In this document: positions 1-8,077 of the stretch, piece after piece | How positions within the stretch are numbered: position 1 is the first letter of the stretch | Layout of the letters: each line of letters starts with the position of its first letter | DNA from: Octopus sinensis | Lineage: Eukaryota | DNA length: 11,278 nucleotides | Assembly (NCBI RefSeq): GCF_006345805.1 | Contig: NW_021827066.1 | Location: forward strand, 1-11,278 | Direction: 5' to 3' | Program-made: the position numbers and the translations under genes | Notes under the pieces: model-generated | The model's input: only the letters and a program-made list of their open reading frames with translations | Databases searched by the model: none | What the model was told of the DNA's origin: nothing

Positions 1-26
1 AATGGCAAACAAGACGAACAACAAGA

Positions 27-157
27 ATATATATATAATATATGTATATATATATAAGTATATATATATACATATAACATACATATATACATGCATATAT
101 ATATATTTATATGACTACACAATATGTATATGTTTATATGACACAAACAAAGATATG

Positions 158-189
<32 letters not shown>

Positions 190-196
190 AATATAT
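27..196. repeat. Interrupted (TA)n microsatellite
   Basis: Near-continuous TA alternation with occasional CA/TG substitutions; it explains the I/Y-rich ORF 2..199. Confidence 0.95.
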
Positions 197-240
197 TAAA
201 CAATTAAGGATAAAATCTTAATAAGAAATCTTAATATACA

Positions 241-275
241 TTATATACATATATGCATACATTTATATATATATA

Positions 276-316
<41 letters not shown>

Positions 317-362
317 TATATATACACATGCATGCATATATATATATGTGTATATGTGTATA
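241..362. repeat. Interrupted (TA)n/(TG)n microsatellite
   Basis: TA dinucleotide run grading into TATG/TGTG. Confidence 0.95.
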
Positions 363-810
363 TAAGGCTTATACATATTGTGTGTGTATGATATTTCAAT
401 AAATCCACATGATATTATTGCCATTTCTTCCTTATACATTGATTGCGCGTTCACAAAGACGGCAGGCAAAGCAGGCAAGGTGTTCTTGTTTATTTATCAG
501 TTTGGTCGTGCCTCAAGTAAGTTGGAAAGAATTTGTCTAGCAATCGGATTAGCACAGAGAATAGTGACTTCAGATAACTGAGTGCCTTTAGAGTTCACTG
601 TATGTATTATTGTGCTGTGTCTTCTTCTAGTTTCCATTCTTGCTGCTGGTTATATAGATCATATTTTGCCTCACCAATTGTAGGCGGCACGCTTCAAAAT
701 CTAATCTTTGACGGTTGATCATAATCTCCAGAGGGGTGGGATGAGACAGGGATGATTAAAAATTCTTTATATCTCCACCCACTATTCCTCTCAACTTGTT
801 CATTTTTTGT

Positions 811-1238
811 TCTTGTTCCTTCCTCTCCTCCCTTCTTTCTTTCTTTCTTTCTTTATTCTTTCTTTCTTCTTTCTTTCTTTCTTTCTTTCTTCTTTCTTTC
901 TTTCTTCTTCCTTCTTTCTTTCTTTCTTTCTTTCTTTATTTCTCTTGCTTCCTTTATTTCTTCTTTCTTTCTTATTTCCTTTCTTTCTTTCATTCCGTCT
1001 TGTTCTTCCTTCCTTCCCTTCCTTTCTTTTCTTCTTTCTTCTGTTCTTTCTTTCTCTCTTCTTTTCTTTCTTTTCTTTCTTTCTTTCTTTCTTTTTCTTC
1101 TTTCTTTTCCTTCTTTTATTCTTTTTCTCTTTATTTCTTGCTTTTCTTTCTTTCTTTCTTTCTTCTTTCTTTTCTTTCTTTTTCTTCTTTCTTTCTTTCT
1201 TTATTTCTTTCTTCTTTCTTTCTTTCTTTCTTTCTTTC
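811..1238. repeat. Long (TTTC)n/(TTC)n polypyrimidine tract
   Basis: About 430 bp almost entirely C/T on the + strand, built from TTTC/TCTT/TTC units; it explains the F/S/L and K/E/R ORFs at 752-1417. Confidence 0.97.
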
Positions 1239-1456
1239 AACTCCCACTTTACGCCGCAATTCACTTTTTATCTTTCTTCTCTAATATATATAAATATACA
1301 TGTAGTTTTTCAAATTTCCTATCTCTAAATTTCCTATTCCAATGTTCAACGCAAACGAATCACAAACACACCCCCACGCACGCACACACTCACTTAACCA
1401 CAGATGTATACATATAGACAACACGCATAATTGTACATACATCTACGTACATCTCT

Positions 1457-1558
1457 ATGTCTGTCTGTCTGCCAACCTACATGTCTGTCTGTCTGTCTGT
1501 CTGTCGTCTGTCTGTCCGTCTAGCTAGCCACCTAGCTGTATGTCTGTGTGTGTGTGTT
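1457..1558. repeat. (TCTG)n and (TG)n compound microsatellite
   Basis: Runs of GTCT followed by TG repeats. Confidence 0.9.
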
Positions 1559-1640
1559 TGTACAATTTTCTTCTATTTGCTGTGTCCGTGGGAAGGAATA
1601 CTATCAATAACCTGCATAGAATATTCTAAACTGGCGAGAT

Positions 1641-2090
1641 TTATGCATTGATATCTAATTTGTACTTTTGTAGATAGCACCTGTAAGTAACACCTGAGCA
1701 GGGAGAACATTCTGGAGATCCGATGTTAGGTGGGTGGAATTCGGAGTATCACTGTATGTTAGACCTAGAGATTTAAACAAACTAAGGCTGATGAGAGGAG
1801 AAAAGATGGGCGGTAGTGTCACGAGCTAGCCACCCCCGACGAGCATTGGCTATTATAGTAGCGGTAGAAAAACAGAGAGAGGAGACAGTGAACCAGCGAA
1901 ATAGAGTCTGAAGCTTGTAAGAGAGTGACGTAATGCCAATCAGACAGGTGACCCATTTTTGAATACATCAGCAATGTTTGTACGAGCAATAGTAACATCA
2001 TGCCAAATATACTGGTAAAAAATCTGCTATATTGATCATATTTGCGGAACAATCTATCGTAGGATCACCATGCATTTATAGCAAGGATAA
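1641..2090 (-). mobile_element. Old, frameshifted 3' ORF2 fragment of a non-LTR retrotransposon (CR1/L2/Jockey group)
   Basis: Joining minus-strand frames gives YQYIWHDVTIART / IQKWVTCLIGITSLSYKLQTLFRWFTVSSLC / FYRYYNSQCSSGVAS / TSDLQNVLPAQV / YLQKYKLDINA*. These follow, in the correct order, the usual LINE C-terminal motifs (EYCSHIW, IQKRAIRLIG, SLFYRYY.G.CSSEL, RT..LWN.LP, LQ.FK..IN). Boundaries are approximate. Confidence 0.7.
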
Positions 2091-2278
2091 ATTGCAGAAT
2101 ACTTCACCAGACATATTCAAACAAAGCTAGACAGAGGCAAATATTTATAAACAACGCTTCCTTATTTATAGAATTCCTCCGAACTATAAGATGATTAATT
2201 ATGAAAGCAGAATCATTCCACAATTACAAAACTTAATAAACACATACACACAGCACACACGTCGGAACCAAGAAGACA

Positions 2279-2316
2279 CGTATCTGATGATGTGTAACTC
2301 AAACAGTCAAGATACG
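2279..2316 (+). ncRNA. Degenerate minimal type I hammerhead-ribozyme-like motif (probable Penelope-like element remnant)
   Basis: CGUAU-CUGAUGA(2284-2290)-UGUGUAACUC-AAA-CA-GUC(2306-2308)-AAG-AUACG. Stem I flanks CGUAU/AUACG are complementary. The G of GAAA is missing and stem II has a U-U mismatch. Confidence 0.45.
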
Positions 2317-2522
2317 AGCCTGATGACGTAAAGAACACCAACAATTGATTCTGAAACTAAAATATTCTATATTCTATATTTAGGAATTGTGCAAAGAAAC
2401 TGCGATGGTCTTCATTGAAAATACGAAGAAAGCATAATAAAATGCTTAAACTGGAATGTGGTTATGATTGTTAAACCTATCTAAAAGAATAAAAAATGAA
2501 GAAGCAAAGTCTGTTCTCGATA

Positions 2523-2564
2523 TGTCTGTCTGTCTGTCTGACTGTCTGTCTGTCTGTCTGTCTT

Positions 2565-2644
<80 letters not shown>
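2523..2644. repeat. (TCTG)n-(TCTA)16 compound microsatellite
   Basis: TCTG run to about 2580, then 16 perfect TCTA units at 2581-2644. Confidence 0.97.
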
Positions 2645-2645
<1 letters not shown>

Positions 2646-2674
2646 TTAAGTATGTGTACGTATTATATGTACAT

Positions 2675-3455
2675 GTTAGTTAGTTAGTTAGTTAATTTTT
2701 TTGCTCAAAAAGCAAAAAGCAAGGCCATGTAGGGGGACATGGAGTTATGTACAGGGTGGTGTTCATGTAAAGAGTTCAGGCCACTTGAGGTCAAGGGAGA
2801 CTTTGAACCGAGCGGTCGTCGGCATCTTCACCATCTCGTCCGGCAGCTTATTCCACGGATCCGCAACCCGGACGGAGAAAGCCCCTCTCCTTCGATTGAG
2901 ATGAAATCGTCGCAGATATAGCTTTTCGGAATGTCCCCGCAGCCGACGCTCTGGAGCAGGAGTGAAGAACAGCTCTTTCGAGAGGTTACACTTTCCGCTT
3001 ATGATGTTGTGAGCAAGAATGAGATCTCCACGGCGTCGTCGTTTTTCTAGAGAATAAAGGTCGAGCGTCTTCAGCCTTTCTTCATAAGACAAATTCTTGA
3101 GACCAAGAATCATGCGAGTAGCCAGTTTCTGGACTCTTTCGAGATGCTGTATGTCTTTGAGGAGATAAGGAGAAGAGGCTTGAATCCCGTACTCCAATAT
3201 GGGTCTCACCAGCGTGACATAGAGCGGTAGGAATATGGCTGCTGTGAGCATTCCGAATGACCGTCGAATCAAGAACAGAATTCCGCGTGCTTTGTTGGCA
3301 GCATAGACGCACTGGGCCGAAGGCGAAAAGGAGGAATCCACCAAGATACCCAGGTCCTTTACCTGATCGGTCCTCTCCAGCAGCAGACGACCCGGCTCGA
3401 AATCAAGTTGAGTTGTAGGAAGAGAGCCAACAGGCAGATGATAGCACTTTGACAC
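2675..3455 (-). mobile_element. 5'-truncated CR1-clade LINE (ORF2 C-terminus, 3' UTR, (CTAA)5 tail)
   Basis: Stop-free 230-codon frame with CR1-type post-RT motifs (KDLGILVD, LYVTLVRPILEY, LERVQKLATRMI, LSYEERLKTLDLYSLEKRRRRGDLI, RGHSEKL, FSVRVADPWNKLP). TGA at 2765-2763, 68-nt 3' UTR, and (GTTA)5 at 2675-2694 on the + strand. Confidence 0.93.
2763..3455 (-). pseudogene. Truncated reverse-transcriptase ORF2 C-terminal segment of the CR1 element
   Basis: The frame begins at a GTG at the truncation point rather than an ATG. It lacks the endonuclease and the catalytic YADD region, so it cannot encode a functional RT. Confidence 0.85.
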
Positions 3456-3456
3456 A

Positions 3457-3500
3457 TGTATGTACCTATATGCTTATATGTATGTATGTATGTATGGATG
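3457..3500. repeat. Short (TATG)n microsatellite
   Basis: TATG units directly flanking the 5' end of the CR1 copy. Confidence 0.85.
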
Positions 3501-3619
3501 TAGTAATACTTCGCTTAGATCACTAGCTGCATACCAAAAATGCATGTCAAAATGAACGTCGTATGAATAGAGTTACGAGCGTAAGTGTGTATTTTTAATA
3601 TCGTTGTTACCACAAATGT

Positions 3620-4600
3620 TGTTGATATTGCCAAACGACTGAAGAATCCCACATATAGCTACTGAAAAATTCAGTTGTAGGATTCAGGGTTTTCAGGATG
3701 CCAATGTTGCTGTCCTAAAGCCACTATCTCTTTAATAGATAAGCACCGGCCATGGTACTCTGTCAACTTCAAAATCTTCCGTATTTAAAAGTTGTATTCT
3801 CCTTTAGTTTGTCAAACCAGTGATGTCATTTCTTCTGATATCTGTACAATTAAATCTCGGTTATTTGAAACTAGTCTGATTGGATATCTATGGCCTTCGC
3901 TCTATGTTATTTCTACAAGTTTCTTCATACAGTAACAACGTTGGTTGATCTTGGTATTAGAAATTAAATCCATGCTTTTTTGCTTGATTTCCAAATCATA
4001 GGCAGACTCATTTTTGCTAATCTCGTCCTTGGATGTGGGTATTTTAAATAGTAAACGAGCATGGACCAACCTGAATTTTCATGAAATATCTCTGCTAAGT
4101 AGTAGTGTTAAGCAGTCTTTTTCAATCTTGAAGACAAAAGTGATTCTTATATTCTCAACACCATTATGTTCCTCAGTAAACTAATTTCATTTTCATTCAA
4201 CACAAAATAGAGAGAGCAGGTTCCATTCCAGGTGGTACACTGATGAACGTAGAACAATCCCTTGGCTGCTTGGGCGTGAGCACCGGCAGCTTCATTACAG
4301 CTACGGATGCAATTTAATGATGTTGCCTCCTCAATCTAGGAAGCCAGATTTTTGCTTCCATTGAATGCTCTGAATTACCTTCTATGTATGAAAAGTACCT
4401 TCTTAATCCTCGTCTTAAAACGGATTAATGGCATGTTGCGTTGCTTTTAATCATTCTCTAGTATGGGAAGAATATCGTCTCTTTTCCTAATAATTTTCCG
4501 TTGGCAAAAATAAGATCATCATAGCAGAAGCTTATATTTCATCTGCAAAATTATCAGGAAGAAATCCAAGGCATGGATCTGCTGCAAAGAGAAAGCAGTG
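3620..4600 (-). mobile_element. Possible highly decayed RTE-like LINE ORF2 fragment (linker plus N-terminal RT)
   Basis: Minus-strand frames give PWIS (4571-4560), LAEIFHENSGWSML...IWKS, DFEVDRVPWPVL (3776-3741; compare DFEKAFDRVPW), then GI/PEN...IFQ*LYVG (ending 3647). The order is the one expected for RTE ORF2, but there are many stops and frameshifts and the motif spacing is imperfect. Confidence 0.35.
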
Positions 4601-4806
4601 ACAAAGACCAGTGGCTTAATTTGAGATGATTTGGTGCGTGTATGATACGACATTGAAACGAGCAAGCTGTATTGAATTCTTAAAGAGCCTATATTTAGCG
4701 TGTGCGTTATCATGTATTATCAGTGACTCTAAGTTTATTGTAATTCTTTTCTTACGGATAGATGGTATGCTAATACGTTTTTAGTTATTTCAAGAAGTGG
4801 AAGTCT

Positions 4807-4868
4807 GTACAGACTTCAATGGGTACAGACTTCAATGGGTACAGACTTCAATGTACAGACTTCAATGG
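4807..4868. repeat. 16-bp tandem repeat, four copies (GTACAGACTTCAATGG)
   Basis: Units start at 4807, 4823, 4839 (14 bp, lacks GG) and 4853. Confidence 0.97.
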
Positions 4869-5344
4869 GACGCAAGTGTGGCGAATTTTGGCGTGGTCAT
4901 CGAAGTTAAGAGGTATTTTCCAATTAGATCAAATTCTCTTGATTGGAGACAACGTGAAAGTCTTTCTCCTTCACTTTAAATAGCTGCTATGGCCAATCAA
5001 ATTTAGCTGGATGTGTGTTCTTTAGAACATACAGAAGCTGCATTTCTTTGGTCCTTTCACATGTCTTTGATCTTTCGAAGACTTTCAATATCATCTTTCA
5101 ATATCGACGATAAATACAAACCGACCAAGTAAGTAAGTATCTTAAAAACACACGGCAACACACGCACCAAACATAAACGTTATATCTACATTACACTTTT
5201 TTCTCTCTTTTTCTCTATTACCTAAAAATCCGTTGAACCCTCTACTGCGAAACCAGTTGGTAAGATCAGCCATAGTGGATGTATCATACTGTACCATTCT
5301 ATTAATAGAATGGTGTTAGGTAGTAGTCCGATTATGTAAAGCTG

Positions 5345-5692
5345 CGTTCTTCATAGGTAGCCGTTATGGAATGAAATGTGGCGACAATCTTCGTGTGTGG
5401 ATTTGACAGACTGAAAGAAGCTTATCATATGCATATATCCATCAATCCATCCATCCATCCATATATATTTGTGTGTGTTTGTGTTTGTGTTTGTACACCA
5501 CCAACGCTTGATCCCTGGCGTTTGTTTACGTCTCCATAAATCAGAGATTTGCGATTCGGCAAAACGAGACCGATAGAATAACTACAAGGCTTAAAAATAA
5601 GTACCAGGTTTCATTTGTTCGACTGCATCCTTCAAAGTGGTGTCGTAGAATGCCTGCAGCCCAATGATAGAAACACTTAAGAGATAAAGGAT
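5345..5692 (+). mobile_element. Diverged SINE copy related to the 8078-8542 element; tRNA head not recognisable
   Basis: Collinear similarity to 8160-8542: GTGGATTTG..ACTGAAAGAAGC, internal microsatellite, CGCTTGA, TGTTTACGTC, TTCGGCAAA..GAGAC, AGGCTTA, TTTG.TCGACT, GAAACA..AAGAG. The 5' boundary is approximate. Confidence 0.75.
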
Positions 5693-5698
5693 ATACGT

Positions 5699-5709
5699 AA
5701 GTATGTATG

Positions 5710-5743
<34 letters not shown>

Positions 5744-5930
5744 TGTATGTATGTATGTATGTATGTATGTATGTATGTATGTATGTATGTGTGTGTGTGT
5801 GTGTATGTGTGTGTATGTATGTATGTGATTGTATATATGTATGTTTGCTTGTATGCATACATGTATGTATGTGTGTATGTATGTGTACATATTCACGTAT
5901 GTATGCATGTATGTAAGTGTGTATGTGAAC
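5699..5930. repeat. (TATG)n/(TG)n compound microsatellite
   Basis: Long perfect TATG run, then TG and degenerate TATG units; it explains the ORFs at 5541-5942. Confidence 0.96.
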
Positions 5931-6583
5931 AATGATTTTCATAGGGAGTGATGGTTTTCTTCGGTTGCCTGTGGAAAGCCATCATCATATACGCGAATGA
6001 AAGCACTATGCTTAATGTGCTGGATTTACGCTTTTCATCAGATCTAAAGTTCTCGGTTGCTTATCCCGATTCACATTTAGGTGTTGTCTAATGCTCTTCT
6101 TGGGAGAAGAATGAAGTCTCATGTTCATGATACTGTTCACGAGATTGTTGGGCTGCATAACTGAATGGAAGTTAGCGCTCGGTATTTAAGTAGCAGACGT
6201 TGATATTCGCGGCTGTATTTCCAACATCACTGACCGCGAAACGTATAGAAACAGAACATACACGGACTAGTTGTATAAAATAACAAAACTGGAAGTGATA
6301 TAAACGGATGTGTTTTTCTACTTCATTGCAGACAGCCATTAAACTACCTCTCAAGACAATTTTCCATTGTTAGTGAAATAAAACACTAATTAATGAATAA
6401 ATTAAAGAGAATTCGATTCTGTTTACGATATTGTGATGTTATTTATTTCGCTTTTATAAAAGTTAAAGGTTAAACAACACTTAAGATGGCTTCATATAAA
6501 TATATAACAATAATCTTTCTGTCCCTTCCACATCGTCACTCTCTTTGTTTCTGTCTCTGTATGTCTCTCAGTGTGTCCGTGTG

Positions 6584-6727
<144 letters not shown>

Positions 6728-7032
6728 AAACCGACACATTAATTGCTGGTAGGGGAACAGTATTTCGTTTTGCAGCCATAATATGCTGCCAAGTATATTG
6801 AAGGTTTATAAATCAATACTAAATTCTAATTTTGTGTGAGCAGTGCTTTGTTTTCACTTTAAAGTCTATCTTATTCCTCTACACCAAATATGGAGTCTAT
6901 TATCACCTTATCTAACAAACGTAATCTTAGCTCTTACTATCTAAATTCATACAACCCTACCACAGAAAACACTAACACCGCTCGCAATAACATTTCAGCA
7001 ACCCTGACCCTAACACTTTAATTTATATAATC

Positions 7033-7132
7033 CTTTGGTCTGCCCGAAGCTATAGTAGAATACACTTGCCCAAAGAACCCGGGGCCATTTGGCTAAGGAG
7101 CAAGATTCTTACCACACAGCCACTCATGCGCC
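7033..7132 (-). mobile_element. 5' part of a tRNA-derived SINE, with A box and partly deleted B box
   Basis: The minus strand reads GGCGCATGAG-TGGCTGTGTGG (A-box-like, 7122-7112)-TAAGAATCTTGCT...GGGTT/CTTTGGGCAAGTG. The reverse complement of 7033-7075 matches 8131-8173 at 39/43 positions. The segment after GGTT that is present in the 8078 copy is deleted here. Confidence 0.85.
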
Positions 7133-7190
7133 TATATTATTGATATTCTTCTACAGAGGTGGAGAGGTAGAAAAGGTGGTGGAAAAACAC

Positions 7191-7394
7191 TGTGAGGGAA
7201 TACCTTTAACCTTCACACGGGAACTTGAATGGCCTCCGCAGATAGCTGTGGGGGCCATAACGTTGTCCGTGATACGTAGGGTAGAGGGACTCAAAGAGGA
7301 ATATCGCTTGTGGCCGGGCGACGCTGACTCGGAGTCAGCCTTTGTTTTAAACGAGGCGTGGGTGATGGCGGAGTATACGGGCACAAGCGATATT
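7191..7394 (+). other. GC-rich multi-hairpin module of unknown identity
   Basis: Stems at 7191-7198/7210-7217, 7229-7241/7246-7258 and 7300-7312/7382-7394 (perfect 13 bp), plus inner inverted repeats at 7323-7339 and 7339-7356. Confidence 0.7.
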
Positions 7395-7470
7395 GGGGAG
7401 GAAAATTGACAAGAGGTTGAAAAGCCTCAACGTTATAATGTTTAAGCGTATAAGAGTCTCAGCGCCTGAA

Positions 7471-7933
7471 TTTGTAAATGGACTATTAAGTTCAAAAATT
7501 GTAAAAACGGAGGTAAGAGGTTCAATACCTCATTTTGTTTTTTGTGTAAAAAAAAATATTGTTTTAATTTGTAAATGGACTATTAAGTTTAAAAATTGTA
7601 AAATGAAAGTAAGAGGTTCAATACCTCGTTTTGTTTTTTGTGTAAAAAATAATATTTCAATTTGTAAATGGACTATTAATTCTAATAATTGTAAAATGGA
7701 AGTAAGAGGTTCAATACCTCGGTTTGTTTTTTGTGTAAAAAATAATATTTCAATTTGTAAATGGACTATTAATTCTAATAATTGTAAAATGAAAGTAAGA
7801 GGTTCAATACCTCGTTTTGTTTTTTGTGTAAAAAATAATATTTCAATTTGTAAATGGACTATTAATTCTAATAATTGTAAAATGGAAGTAAGAGGTTCAA
7901 TACCTCGGTTTGTTTTTTGTGTAAAAAATAATA
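7471..7933. repeat. 93-bp minisatellite, about five units, with 186-bp higher-order duplication
   Basis: Units start at 7471, 7568, 7661, 7754 and 7847. GAGGTTCAATACCTC occurs at 7517, 7613, 7706, 7799 and 7892. 7594-7747 is identical to 7780-7933. Confidence 0.97.
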
Positions 7934-8077
7934 ATGTTTTAGAGAAGCAAAAAATCGGTGGGCGTTTTCTGTCTTCTCCCATTAATATCATTTTATTTCA
8001 TCACTCATCTCATCAATATTTCTGTCCAGCCCGCAAGCTGCTCTGTATCATGCCTTTATGGCAAAATTTGTGAAATA

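Noticed and set aside
2-1527. ORFs rich in I/Y, F/S/L or K/E/R
   Set aside because: They are translations of TA and TTTC repeats, which lack stop codons by construction.
1788-1806. CTGATGAG...GAAA hammerhead-like words
   Set aside because: There is no stem II or stem III pairing, and the site lies inside the LINE fossil on the opposite strand.
2701-3312. Plus-strand ORFs and the alternate-frame minus ORF over the CR1 element
   Set aside because: They are shadow frames of the GC-rich LINE coding sequence.
4807-4868. Mini CRISPR-like repeat
   Set aside because: The copies are directly adjacent with no spacers.
5127-5138. (AAGT)3 as a possible retroposon tail
   Set aside because: It has only three units and no recognisable element body next to it.
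5230-5270. GAAACCAGTTGGTA resembling hammerhead stem III
   Set aside because: The upstream core is too degenerate and stems I and II are absent.
5998-6045. Minus-strand CTGATGA followed by an AAAGC/GCTTT stem
   Set aside because: There is no GAAA after the stem and no NUH or stem I arrangement.
7089-7409. 106-aa and 77-aa ORFs over the GC-rich module
   Set aside because: They have non-ATG starts and no recognisable motif, and the + strand ORF begins inside a SINE. Open frames are expected in GC-richer DNA.
7471-7933. CRISPR array or true tRNA gene cluster
   Set aside because: Whole units repeat with no unique spacers, the context is eukaryotic and there are no cas genes. The cloverleaf acceptor and anticodon stems do not pair.
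7393-8073. 226-aa ORF with 31-aa repeats, and the antisense ORF 7530-7991
   Set aside because: The unit length is a multiple of three, so one stop-free unit frame propagates through the array. The track start is TTG (first ATG at 7438), and there is no recognisable domain or splice context.
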